A DNA stretch of 63,513 nt, the filler included, from Thermodesulfobacteriota bacterium (GTDB lineage Bacteria; DASVDK01), in NCBI GenBank assembly GCA_036381125.1. It is 8 parts of 8 records of this genome, joined end to end, with 100 filler letters (N's around TTAATTAATTAA, not from the genome) between each part and the next. Parts side by side here need not be neighbours in the genome. Positions count along the whole stretch, not along the records: positions 1 to 16,544 come from DASVDK010000289.1; positions 16,645 to 29,401 come from DASVDK010000290.1; 6 more parts are not named here. One strand, written 5' to 3'. Below, piece after piece: positions 8,969 to 17,868 of this stretch. The notes below the pieces were generated by a model, which saw nothing but the letters and a program-made list of their open reading frames with translations, was not told the DNA's origin and did not search any database. The number at the start of each line of letters is the position of its first letter. Positions within the stretch are counted from its first letter, which is position 1. The position numbers were made by a program, and so were the translations under genes.

Positions 8969-9924
8969 GCCGGCGCCCGGGCCGGCGGTCCGGGAGGTCA
9001 GCCGTCGCGCTCTGGCTGCGACGAGCGGTCGGGGCCGTCCTGATCGCGGCGGCGGTCGCGATCGCGCTCCTCTGGCCGGCGCTCGCCGCCGACGTCGACC
9101 GGCTGGCGTCCCGGTGGCCGGACACGCTCCCGAAGGACCGCCGCCCGCCGGTCTGGACGCGGCTCGATCGGATCGACCCGAAGCTCGGGTGGGCGGTGAT
9201 CACCGCGGAGGACGCCAACTTCTGGCGGCACGACGGGATCGACTGGGACGCCACCGTGGCGGCGGCGAGGCACAACCTCGAGGTGGGCCGCTACGCCGTC
9301 GGCGGCTCCACGCTGACGCAGCAGCTCGCGAAGAACCTCTTCCTCACCCGGGAGAAGACGCTCCTGCGCAAGGCGCGCGAGGCGATCCTCGCCTGGCGCC
9401 TCGAGCGCGCGCTGACCAAGCGGCGGATCCTCGAGCTGTACCTCAACGTGGCCGAATGGGGCGACGGCATCTTCGGCGCCGAGGCGGCCGCCCGGTACCT
9501 CCTCGGCCACTCGGCCGCCCGGATGACCTGGGGCGAGGCGGCCACGCTCGCGGCCATCCTCCCCTCCCCGACCAACAAGCTCGACCCCGACAAGGCGCCG
9601 GGCCGGGTGCGGCGCCGCCGGGCGATCGTGCTGAACCACCTCTACCGGGCGAACCGGCTGTCGCGCGCCGAGCTGCTCGAGGCGCGCGCCGCGCCGCTCA
9701 CCGCGGCGGAGGCTCGGGCGGCGGCGGCCGCGGAGGAGAGGGAGGCGGCAGAGGCGCGGGCCGCCGCCGGGCGACCGGCGCCGGCCGTCGCGCCCGAGAT
9801 CCGGCCGGCCGCGGGCCCCTCCGGATCCGACCCGGCCGGCGCGGCGGCCGAGGACCGGGCGGTCGGTCGCGCGCTCTTCGAGCCGGTCGCGCCGCCGGCC
9901 CCGCCGGAGGCTTCCTTGCCGTGA
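8950..9924 (+). CDS. mtgA: monofunctional biosynthetic peptidoglycan transglycosylase (GT51, MtgA-like); start uncertain
   Basis: N-terminal TM; AEDANFWRHDGID, GGSTLTQQLAKNLFL, RKAREAILA, KRRILELYLNVAEWG. Confidence 0.85.
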   Translation: MVTQGLSRRPGRRSGRSAVALWLRRAVGAVLIAAAVAIALLWPALAADVDRLASRWPDTLPKDRRPPVWTRLDRIDPKLGWAVITAEDANFWRHDGIDWDATVAAARHNLEVGRYAVGGSTLTQQLAKNLFLTREKTLLRKAREAILAWRLERALTKRRILELYLNVAEWGDGIFGAEAAARYLLGHSAARMTWGEAATLAAILPSPTNKLDPDKAPGRVRRRRAIVLNHLYRANRLSRAELLEARAAPLTAAEARAAAAAEEREAAEARAAAGRPAPAVAPEIRPAAGPSGSDPAGAAAEDRAVGRALFEPVAPPAPPEASLP

Positions 9925-10691
9925 CCGCCCCCCCGAAGCTCCTCATCGACGGCGTCTCCATGCGCTTTCGCACGAAGCGGGGGGGCGAACTCGAGGCGCT
10001 CGCCGGCATCTCCTTCGCGGTCCGGCCGCGGGAGCTGGCGGTCATCGTCGGCACGTCCGGGTGCGGCAAGTCGACCCTCCTCAGGATCGCCGCCGGCCTC
10101 GTCACCCCGACCGCCGGACGCGTCGTCGTCGACGGCCGGGAGGTCGTCGGCCCGGGCGCCGATCGCGGGATGGTGCCCCAGGCCTACACCCCGTTCCACT
10201 GGCTGACCGTGCAGGGGAACGTCGAGTTCGGTCCCAGGCTGCGAGGCGCGCCGGCGGCCGAACGGCAGGCGATCGCGAACCGCTACCTGGCGATGGTCGG
10301 CCTCTCCGGATTCGCCGGAGCCTATCCGAAGGAGCTCTCCGGCGGTATGCTCCAGCGGGTCGCGCTGGCCAGGGCCCTGGCGAACGACCCCGAGATCCTG
10401 CTCATGGACGAGCCGTTCGGGGCGCTCGACGCCCAGACCCGCTCCGAGATGCAGGAGATGCTGCTCAGGGTGACGGAGGCCGCGGGACAGACCGTGCTCT
10501 TCGTCACGCACGACATCGACGAGGCGATCTACCTCGGCGACCGGGTCTTCGTCATGACCTCGCGTCCCGGGCGGCTCCGGGAGACGGTCGAGGTCGGCGT
10601 CCCGCGCCCGCGGCCGCTCGAGTTCACGGCGACGCCGGAGTTCGCCGCGCTCAAGCGGCGGGTCCTCGACCTGGTCCGCAGGGAGGCGTAA
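9921..10691 (+). CDS. NitT/TauT ABC ATP-binding protein
   Basis: Walker A GTSGCGKST, LSGGM signature, LLMDEPFGALD, VTHD; GTGA overlap. Confidence 0.95.
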   Translation: MTAPPKLLIDGVSMRFRTKRGGELEALAGISFAVRPRELAVIVGTSGCGKSTLLRIAAGLVTPTAGRVVVDGREVVGPGADRGMVPQAYTPFHWLTVQGNVEFGPRLRGAPAAERQAIANRYLAMVGLSGFAGAYPKELSGGMLQRVALARALANDPEILLMDEPFGALDAQTRSEMQEMLLRVTEAAGQTVLFVTHDIDEAIYLGDRVFVMTSRPGRLRETVEVGVPRPRPLEFTATPEFAALKRRVLDLVRREA

Positions 10692-10697
10692 GCACCG

Positions 10698-11669
10698 ATG
10701 ACGTTCCAGCCGCCCGACGCGAGCCGCTCGCCCCGCTTCGCGCAGATCTCGACCTTCATGCGCCTGCCGCACGTCCGCGACCTCTCGTCGGGGCTCGAGG
10801 TGGCGATCACCGGCGTCCCCTACGACGGCAGCATGTCCTACCGTCCCGGCGCCCGCCTCGGGCCGAGGGCGATCCGCGACCAGTCGAGCCTCCTCCGGCC
10901 GTACAACCCGGTGCTCCGGGTCAAGCCGTTCGAGGTGCTGAACGCGGCCGACTACGGCGACATCGACATCGCGCCGAACTCCATCGAGGCGAGCTACGAG
11001 CTGATCCAGGCCGAGGTGCGCAGGCTCGTCGACGCCGGCGTCTTCCCCATGCTGGTGGGCGGCGACCACTCGATCACGCTCGCGCACCTGCGCGAGGTGG
11101 CGCGCCGCCACGGGCCGCTCGCCGTCGTCCACTTCGACAGCCACCTCGACACCTGGGACGAGTACTTCGGGAGCAAGTACTTCCACGGCACCCCCTTCCG
11201 CCGCGCGGTCGAGGAGGGGGTGCTCGACAGCCGGAACTTCATCCAGGTGGCCATCCGCGCGTCGCTCTACGACGCGAGCGACCTCGACTTCCAGCGCCAG
11301 CACGGGATCGAGGTGATCCGCATCGACGACATCCGCGCGAACGGCGTCGCCCGGGCCATCGAGCGGCTCGGCCGCCTCAAGGGGAAGCCCCTCTTCGTCT
11401 CCTTCGACATCGACGCGGTCGACCCCGCCTTCGCGCCCGGCACCGGCACGCCCGAGGTCGGCGGCCTCGACTCCTACGAGGCGCTCACCTTCGTCCGCGC
11501 CTTCGCCGGCTTCGACCTGGTCGGCTTCGACCTGGTCGAGGTCTCGCCCCTCTACGACAGCCCGGGCCAGGTCACCGCGCTCCTCGCGGCCAACCTGCTC
11601 TACGAGGCGCTCTGCGTGGTCGCCCTCAACAAGCAGGCCGGCCTCGCGCGCTGGAAGACGGGTCGGTAG
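10698..11669 (+). CDS. agmatinase/guanidino-acid amidinohydrolase (ureohydrolase family)
   Basis: GGDHS, DSHLD, SFDIDAVDPAFAPGTGTPEVGG. Confidence 0.92.
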   Translation: MTFQPPDASRSPRFAQISTFMRLPHVRDLSSGLEVAITGVPYDGSMSYRPGARLGPRAIRDQSSLLRPYNPVLRVKPFEVLNAADYGDIDIAPNSIEASYELIQAEVRRLVDAGVFPMLVGGDHSITLAHLREVARRHGPLAVVHFDSHLDTWDEYFGSKYFHGTPFRRAVEEGVLDSRNFIQVAIRASLYDASDLDFQRQHGIEVIRIDDIRANGVARAIERLGRLKGKPLFVSFDIDAVDPAFAPGTGTPEVGGLDSYEALTFVRAFAGFDLVGFDLVEVSPLYDSPGQVTALLAANLLYEALCVVALNKQAGLARWKTGR

Positions 11670-11680
11670 GAGGGCGGCTC

Positions 11681-12730
11681 GTGCCGGGCCCCGAGATCGC
11701 CACCGTCCGGGCCAGGACCATCCTCACACCGGCGGTGGGGTACGTCTCGGGCGGCTACACGCACACGCTCAACCCGTACCAGGGCTGCGGCTTCGGGGCC
11801 GACCTGACCGACCTGTCCGACGCGCCGCCCGGGGACGGGGACGCCGGCGGCCGCGGCGACCGCGGCTGCCCCTACTGCTACGTCCGTCGCATGCCGCTCG
11901 CGCTCTTCGGCCGTGGGCCCTGGGGCTCGTGGGTCACCGCCAAGGTGAACGCGGCCGACCTCGTGCGCGAGGAAGGGCGCCGGGGACGCCTCGCGCTCGC
12001 CCGCATCTTCCTCGGCTCGGCCACCGACCCCTACCAGTTCGTGGCGGAGAACCGCTTCCGCCTCACGCGCGCGGTCCTCGAGGCGCTGGTCGACTACCCG
12101 CCGGCGCACGTCACGGTCCAGACCCGCTCGCCGCTCGTCGAGCGGGACTTCGACCTGCTCGTCGCGCTCGGCTCGCGCGTCCGGCTGTCGATGACGATCG
12201 AGACCGACGACGAGGCGGTCCGCCGGGCGATCACCCCCACCACGCCGCCGGCCGCGCGCCGCCTCGAGTCGCTCCGCCGCGCCCGGGCGCTCGGCATCGA
12301 GACCCAGGCGGCGATCGCCCCGGTCCTCCCCTGCCGCCCCGAGCGCTTCGCCGACCTCGTGGCCGAGGTCGCCGACCGGGTCTACCTCGACAGCCTCTGG
12401 GTCGGCGACGGCGCGCGCGGCGCCCGCAGCGCGGCCCTCGGCATGCCGCGCCGGCTCCGGGCGATCGGCCGGGGCGACTGGGTGAGCCGCGACGCCCACC
12501 TGCCGCTCTACCATGCGCTCGTCGCGCGCATGGGAGAGGCGCGGGTGCACGCGGCCGAGGCGCGGACCGCGCAGGCCCAGGCGGGCGGATCCCGGCCCTC
12601 GCCGACCCCGTCAGAGGCGGGCGGACCGCAGGGCCCGGCGCGCCCGGCGCCTGCCCGGCCCGAGCAGTTCGACTTCTTCACGCTCGACCCGCGCTTCGCG
12701 CCCAGGCGCGACCGGCAGCGCGGCCGCTGA
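11681..12730 (+). CDS. radical SAM protein, spore-photoproduct-lyase-like family, with split cysteine motif
   Basis: LNPYQGCGFG..(23-aa insert)..CPYCY, GSATDPYQ, TRSPLVERD, RLESLRRA; RBS AGGAGG. Confidence 0.8.
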   Translation: MPGPEIATVRARTILTPAVGYVSGGYTHTLNPYQGCGFGADLTDLSDAPPGDGDAGGRGDRGCPYCYVRRMPLALFGRGPWGSWVTAKVNAADLVREEGRRGRLALARIFLGSATDPYQFVAENRFRLTRAVLEALVDYPPAHVTVQTRSPLVERDFDLLVALGSRVRLSMTIETDDEAVRRAITPTTPPAARRLESLRRARALGIETQAAIAPVLPCRPERFADLVAEVADRVYLDSLWVGDGARGARSAALGMPRRLRAIGRGDWVSRDAHLPLYHALVARMGEARVHAAEARTAQAQAGGSRPSPTPSEAGGPQGPARPAPARPEQFDFFTLDPRFAPRRDRQRGR

Positions 12731-12769
12731 CCCTCCCGCCCCTCGGGACGCCGCGTCCGCAGTTTTCGC

Positions 12770-12798
12770 TTGCGTCCCGCCCCCCGAATGCGTAGATT
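12770..12798 (+). promoter_or_regulatory. putative sigma70-type promoter
   Basis: TTGCGT-N17-TAGATT upstream of the ATG at 12850. Confidence 0.4.
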
Positions 12799-12849
12799 CC
12801 CCGCCCTCCGCGTCCGGCGGAGCGAACGGACACGATCGGAGGGCCAGGG

Positions 12850-13515
12850 ATGCAGGCGAAGGGCGGGTGGATCGCCGCCATGGTCGGCGCGGTGACGATC
12901 GGGCTCCTGGCAGGGGGCTGCGGGACCGCGGACGAGGGGGGCGGCGGGTCGGCCAGCTTCGGGAGCGTGGCCGAGCTCGACGGCACGGTGCGCGAGGACG
13001 GCGCGGTCGACACGTCCGGGCAACCGATCGTCGGCGGCGCCGGCGGGTCGGTCCACCGGGCGTTCTTCTCGTTCGACCTGAGCAGTCTGCCCGCCGGCGC
13101 GACCGTTCGGGCCGCGACCCTGAGCCTCTACCAGGGCGCGACCGTCGGCAACCCCTTCGGTCCCGGCCCCGGCAGCTCGCAGATGGGCGACGTGGTGGTC
13201 GACCTGGTCGACTTCGGCGCGACCGAGGCCGGCGTCGAGTTCTCGAACGCCACGGTGCGGCCGAACGTCGGCACCCTCTCGACGAGCCACGCCGTGGGGT
13301 GGCGGCAGCTCTCGGTCACCGAGGCCGTGCAGGACGCGGTGACGTCGGGCCGGCGCTACGTCCAGTTCCGCCTCCGGTTCTCCCGCGACGACACCTACGG
13401 CTCCCTCGACGACTACGCCTGGTTCGTCGACGCCGCCTGCCTCGGCTGCTCGTCGGGCAACCCCGTCCCCCGGCTGGACGTCGAGTACACCGCCGACCAG
13501 GCGGGACCCGGGTAG
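12850..13515 (+). CDS. lipoprotein with DNRLRE-like beta-sandwich domain
   Basis: Lipobox LAGGC; RAFFSFDLSSLPAGATVRAATLSLY; ends PRLDVEY. Confidence 0.65.
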   Translation: MQAKGGWIAAMVGAVTIGLLAGGCGTADEGGGGSASFGSVAELDGTVREDGAVDTSGQPIVGGAGGSVHRAFFSFDLSSLPAGATVRAATLSLYQGATVGNPFGPGPGSSQMGDVVVDLVDFGATEAGVEFSNATVRPNVGTLSTSHAVGWRQLSVTEAVQDAVTSGRRYVQFRLRFSRDDTYGSLDDYAWFVDAACLGCSSGNPVPRLDVEYTADQAGPG

Positions 13516-13599
13516 CGCTCACGCCGCCGCGGCATGCCCGCTGCGACCGCCGCGCCCTACCCGGGCGCCTCTCGCGCCCGAGGCCAGGGAGACGAAGCG

Positions 13600-13938
13600 A
13601 TGCTCGTTGAGTTCAGCGTGATCCCCGTCGGAGCCGGCCCGCAGATCAAGGAGCCGGTGGCGCAGGTGGTCGACATGATCGACAAGAGCGGCCTCCCTTA
13701 CCAGGTGACCGCGACCTCGACGATCATCGAGGGGGATTGGGACAGCGTCATGCCGCTCGTACGGCGCTGCCTCGAGGACGTGCGCCGGGGCTCGCCGCGC
13801 GTGGTGGCGACCCTCAAGATCGACGACGAGGCGGGCGAGACGAACCAGCTCGAGACGAACGTCCGGGGCGTGGAGGAGATGATCGGCAAGCGCCCCCCCT
13901 CGTCGAAGGCCGTGCAGACGAGGGCCGAGAACCGCTAG
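13600..13938 (+). CDS. MTH1187/YkoF-like thiamine-binding family protein
   Basis: MLVEFSVIPVG...IDKSGLPYQVTATSTIIEGDWD...RVVATLKID. Confidence 0.88.
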   Translation: MLVEFSVIPVGAGPQIKEPVAQVVDMIDKSGLPYQVTATSTIIEGDWDSVMPLVRRCLEDVRRGSPRVVATLKIDDEAGETNQLETNVRGVEEMIGKRPPSSKAVQTRAENR

Positions 13939-13959
13939 CCTGCGCGCAGCGGCCGACCC

Positions 13960-14574
13960 TCACGGCCGCTGCGCGACCATGAGGAACACCGGGAACACCC
14001 GCGGCCGGTCCTTCACCGTCTTCGTGATCTCGAACGCGGTCACGAACCGGACCGCCGGGAAGCCGGCGCGCGCCGCGTCGGCCGCCAGCACGTCCCTGTC
14101 GAACCCGTTGTGCCCGCCGAAGTCCCGCCCGTGGAAGGAGCCGTCCTCCCGATCGAGGTCGGCGACGGCCAGGTACCCACCCGGCTTCAGGAGGGCGTGG
14201 AAGTCCTCGAGGATCCGGCGGGTGTCGGGCACGTGGTGGAGCGTCATCAGGCTGACGACCAGGTCGTAGCGCTCGGACGGCCTCGGGTCGGTCGTCAGGT
14301 CGAGCTTCGTCGCCCGCACGTTGGCCGCGCCGCTCGCCGCGATCTTCTCCCGGAGCACCGCGAGCATCCCCTCGGAGCTGTCGGCCAGGGTGATGTGCCC
14401 GAGGTGGGGCTGGAGCGCGAAGCCGAGGAGCCCCGTCCCGCAGCCGTACTCCAGCGCCGTCATGGTCCGGTCGAGCGGGACCATGGCCCCGATCCTCTCC
14501 GCCACGGCGCGGGCCCGCTCCACCCGCGCGGGGTCCGCGTCCCAATCCCTGGCGCGCTCGTCGAAGGTCGTCAT
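13960..14574 (-). CDS. class I SAM-dependent methyltransferase
   Basis: FDERARDWD, LEYGCGTG, MTLHHV, LKPGG; RBS GGAGG. Confidence 0.92.
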   Translation of the reverse strand: MTTFDERARDWDADPARVERARAVAERIGAMVPLDRTMTALEYGCGTGLLGFALQPHLGHITLADSSEGMLAVLREKIAASGAANVRATKLDLTTDPRPSERYDLVVSLMTLHHVPDTRRILEDFHALLKPGGYLAVADLDREDGSFHGRDFGGHNGFDRDVLAADAARAGFPAVRFVTAFEITKTVKDRPRVFPVFLMVAQRP

Positions 14575-14805
14575 GTCGTCCTCCCGCCTCGCCCGCGCAT
14601 GCACCCGGGCACCACGGCGGCGTACATCATAGCCGCCTCGCCCTCGGCGGAGACGTCGAGCGCCCCCACCTCGCCTGGACGATGCCACGGTGGTCGGTGC
14701 CTCCCGGCGTCGAACGTGGCGATGCGGTACCCGGCGGCACCGGCGTGCCGCCGAGCAGGGCCCGGGCGGCCGGGAGCGACGCGGCGACAGGACTGGTGAG
14801 CGATC

Positions 14806-16542
14806 TCAGCCGGCGGTCGCCGGCGGCGAGTCCGTGGATCTCGCGAAGCTGGGGAATCGGGTCCGGATGTACTCCCTGGCGCTGTCCGGCGGCAGCTTCA
14901 CCGTCCCGGGCCCGCTCCTCACGTAGAAGTCCCCTTCGGGGGCCGTCTCCATCCCCTTCCACTTGAGGAACACCGGCTCCGGGCTGCGCTGGCAGCTCAC
15001 CACGCACACGGTCTTCCCCTGCACGATCTGCGTCTTCGGGTCGATGCAGGTGCTCGCGCGGTCGCCTAGACCATTGCGAACGACCTGCGCCAGGTGGCGC
15101 ATGAACTTGTCGTCGCTCTCGAGCCGGTCATGCTCGATGCCGACGATCGAGCCGTCGTCGGCCACGCCGATCAGCAGATCGCCCCCTTCGGTGTTGAGGA
15201 ACGCGGCGATGGTTTTCAGGACCGCATGCGTGACGACCTTGTCGTCCTGCCTGTCCTCCTTGAGGTTCCACCGCAGCGTCGACTTGAACTCGAGCGTCTT
15301 CGACTCGCCGCGCTTGATCAGCTCGTCCGCTTGCCGGTGTGTACGCAGGTACTGGTCGAACAGGAGGTTCTTGATCGCCTCCCCGAACGCGCGATCGTCG
15401 GTGATGCGCTTGTAGAGGTCGAAGTTCGAGTCGACGATCTCCTGGATGACCTGCTCGACCTTCTGGTCGAACGTGAGGCGCACGTTCTCCCGCGTGTTGA
15501 CCCTGGCGCTGGCATCGAGCCCGGGGTCCGCGTCGAGCTTCTCCATCATCTGGCCGATGGTCACCCGGTGCTCGGGCCCCAGGTTGAGGCCGAAGCGGTC
15601 GTTGAGCTCGGCGATGATTCGCGAGAGCGGCTCGATCTCCTCCGGCGCCTTCGCATGGCGTCCCTTCGTCCGCACCGGATCGAGCACCCCCGCCCTGCGC
15701 GCGAGCGTGATCCGTCCGCTTCCCGTCTGCTGGATGCGGTACGACTCCATGTCGATGTTCTGCTGTACCTCGCGCGGCAGTTCGGCCCGCGCCGCCGGGA
15801 TGAGCCGACGGAGGTGACGCGCGAAGACGTACAGCTTCTCGAGGTCCACGTCGGCGAAGGTCAGGACCTGCGAGAGGAAGGCGTAGAGTCGCACGTAGTC
15901 GGTCAGCTGTCCGCGGAAGTCGTACTGCTCCTCGTCCAACAGCTCCCGGAAGCGCTCGACGACCGGTGCAAGCGACGCGTAGAGTTCGTCCTGCGTCGTC
16001 TTGCGGTTGAAGTAGACCTTCGCGAACTGGTCCACGTCGGTCTTCGTGTAGACGGGGAACGCGGCGAGCCGGCTCTCGATCTCGTAGAGCAGGTTCGGGT
16101 CGGTCGCCTCGGAGAGCAGGGTCGTCTCGTAGTACGGCTCGAACGCCTTCTTGATCTCGTCCGCCTCGTTGGCGAAGTCGAGGACCATCGTCCCCTTCTT
16201 TTCCGGGTGGGTGCGGTTCAGTCGCGACAGCGTCTGCACCGCGTTCACGCCGCCGAGCTTCTTGTCCACGTACATCGTGTGGAGGAGCGGCTGGTCGAAG
16301 CCGGTCTGGAACTTGTTGGCGACGATCAGGAAGCGGTACTCGGGCCGCTCGAACGCCTTCGCGGTCTGCGCCTCCGGGAAGCCGTTCATTCCGGCCTCGG
16401 TGTAGGTCCGGCCGCCGTCCTCGACCTTGCCCGAGAAGGCCACGAGCGCCTTGAAGGGATAACCGCGCTCGGCCAGGTACCTGTCCACCGCAAGCTTGTA
16501 CCGGACGGCGTGTAGGCGGGAATGCGTCACGATCATCGCCTT
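14806..16542 (-). CDS. hsdR: type I restriction endonuclease subunit R (C-terminal part) fused to a Schlafen/AlbA_2 domain; 5' truncated
   Basis: Helicase motifs KAMIVTHSRLHA, LIVANKFQTGFDQPLLHTMYVDKKL, AVQTLSRLNR, VLDFAN; C-terminal ESKTLEFKS...AAFLNTEGGDLLIGVADDG. Confidence 0.88.
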   Translation of the reverse strand, partial: KAMIVTHSRLHAVRYKLAVDRYLAERGYPFKALVAFSGKVEDGGRTYTEAGMNGFPEAQTAKAFERPEYRFLIVANKFQTGFDQPLLHTMYVDKKLGGVNAVQTLSRLNRTHPEKKGTMVLDFANEADEIKKAFEPYYETTLLSEATDPNLLYEIESRLAAFPVYTKTDVDQFAKVYFNRKTTQDELYASLAPVVERFRELLDEEQYDFRGQLTDYVRLYAFLSQVLTFADVDLEKLYVFARHLRRLIPAARAELPREVQQNIDMESYRIQQTGSGRITLARRAGVLDPVRTKGRHAKAPEEIEPLSRIIAELNDRFGLNLGPEHRVTIGQMMEKLDADPGLDASARVNTRENVRLTFDQKVEQVIQEIVDSNFDLYKRITDDRAFGEAIKNLLFDQYLRTHRQADELIKRGESKTLEFKSTLRWNLKEDRQDDKVVTHAVLKTIAAFLNTEGGDLLIGVADDGSIVGIEHDRLESDDKFMRHLAQVVRNGLGDRASTCIDPKTQIVQGKTVCVVSCQRSPEPVFLKWKGMETAPEGDFYVRSGPGTVKLPPDSAREYIRTRFPSFARSTDSPPATAG

Positions 16543-16544
16543 CG

Positions 16545-16644
16545 NNNNNNNNNNNNNNNNNNNNNNNNNNNNNNNNNNNNNNNNNNNNTTAATTAATTAA
16601 NNNNNNNNNNNNNNNNNNNNNNNNNNNNNNNNNNNNNNNNNNNN
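16545..16644. other. artificial contig linker (same at 29402-29501, 39044-39143, 43756-43855, 51035-51134, 56234-56333, 60503-60602)
   Basis: N44-TTAATTAATTAA-N44, giving stops in all six frames. Confidence 0.98.
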
Positions 16645-16801
16645 TGGCGAACGTGAACGGCAGGAGCAGCGCGACGCCGCTCACGGCGCTCAGCCCCGGC
16701 AGCGCCCCGATGATGGTTCCGGCGACCGTTCCGACGAGGACCACGAACAGGTGGGACGGGTACAGGTTCACGACCACTGCGTGGAGGATGTCGCTCCACA
16801 T
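16645..16801 (-). CDS. tctA: tripartite tricarboxylate transporter TctA, N-terminal fragment
   Basis: GTIIGALPGLSAVSGVALLLPFTF. Confidence 0.85.
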
Positions 16802-16826
16802 GCCGGGGGGCCTCCGGGGTCATGTG

Positions 16827-16857
16827 GGACCCGGCGCGACCGGATCGCGCCGGGTCC
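16827..16857. other. 13-bp-stem hairpin between tctC and tctA
   Basis: GGACCCGGCGCGA-CCGGA-TCGCGCCGGGTCC. Confidence 0.6.
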
Positions 16858-16871
16858 GTGGTCACGGCGTG

Positions 16872-17843
16872 CTACTCGGCGAGGTTGTACTTCTCGACCA
16901 GGGTCTGGATGTGCTCCGTCATGGTGTTGACCGCCGACCTCGCGTCCTGCGGCCCGAGGTAGGCGACCGGCTGGCCGAGCTTCGCCATCTCCTCGCGGAA
17001 CTGCGGGTTGTCGGTCACCTGCTTGCAGACGCGCGCCCAGTAGTCGACGATCTGGGTCGGCAGCCCCTTGGGCGCGGCGAGCGCCCGGTAGCGCTCGGAG
17101 ATGACGTTGTAGCCCAGCTCCTGGAAGGTCGGCACGTCCGGCAGCGCCGGGTCGCGCCGCGGCGACGCGATGGCGAGCGTCCGCATCTTCCCCTTCTGCG
17201 CGACGGAGAAGAGGGTGCTCGCGACCATGGCGTCGATCGTCCCCGAGAGCGCCGCCTGGAGCTGCTGGGCGCCGCCGGTGAAGGGGATCTGCGTCATCTC
17301 GATGCCGGTCGCGTGCTCGATCAGCAGGGTCGTCATGAAGTCGGCGCCGAGGGTCCCGGTGTTGCCGGCCTTCACCTTCTTCGGGTTCGCCTTGGCGTAG
17401 TCGACGAAGTCCTTGAGCGTCTTCCACGGCGCGTCCTCGCGGACGAGGAGGACGTCGGGCACCACGGCGTAGATGCAGATGGTGTCGAGCTGGTCGAGCT
17501 TGTACCCGGTCTGCTTCGGCTTCACCAGGGGCGGAATGATGGTGAAGGGCGGCGTCGCGATGGCCAGCGTGTACCCGTCCGGCCGCTGCCGCACCAGCTC
17601 GGCCCACCCGGTGGCGCCGCCCGCGCCCGGCCGGTTCACGATGACGAGCGACCGTCCGACGATCGGCTCCGCGTACTTGTTGAAGGCCCGCTGCGAGGCG
17701 TCGGCACCGCCGCCCGGCGCGAACGGGACGATGATCTGGATGTCCCGAGTCGGGTAGTCGCCGGGTGCAGCGGCGGCGAGCCCGGCGGTGGCTACGACTG
17801 TCCCGACGAGGATCCACAGTGCGAGGTGTAGCCTGAGCGTCAT
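16872..17843 (-). CDS. tctC: tripartite tricarboxylate transporter substrate-binding protein (TctC/Bug)
   Basis: YPTRDIQIIVPFAPGGGAD, NRPGAGG, PDGYTL, PDVPTFQELG. Confidence 0.93.
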   Translation of the reverse strand: MTLRLHLALWILVGTVVATAGLAAAAPGDYPTRDIQIIVPFAPGGGADASQRAFNKYAEPIVGRSLVIVNRPGAGGATGWAELVRQRPDGYTLAIATPPFTIIPPLVKPKQTGYKLDQLDTICIYAVVPDVLLVREDAPWKTLKDFVDYAKANPKKVKAGNTGTLGADFMTTLLIEHATGIEMTQIPFTGGAQQLQAALSGTIDAMVASTLFSVAQKGKMRTLAIASPRRDPALPDVPTFQELGYNVISERYRALAAPKGLPTQIVDYWARVCKQVTDNPQFREEMAKLGQPVAYLGPQDARSAVNTMTEHIQTLVEKYNLAE

Positions 17844-17868
17844 GCTGCGTGTCCCTCCCTGCTGTGTC

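Noticed and set aside
10061-12730. Apparent long fusion ORFs (also 17869-19962, 19982-22579, 39387-41642, 45990-47834)
   Set aside because: The N-terminal parts are off-frame read-through of neighbouring genes. Real starts lie downstream with an RBS or a stop/start overlap. The HsdR-Schlafen fusion differs because both parts are recognisable domains in one frame.
16589-16600. TTAATTAATTAA motif recurring seven times
   Set aside because: It is an artificial linker inside the N runs, not biology.
14575-16644. Defence island or mobile element around hsdR
   Set aside because: No integrase, tRNA, att repeat or other defence gene is visible before the contig ends. The adjacent methyltransferase is a small-molecule type, not HsdM.
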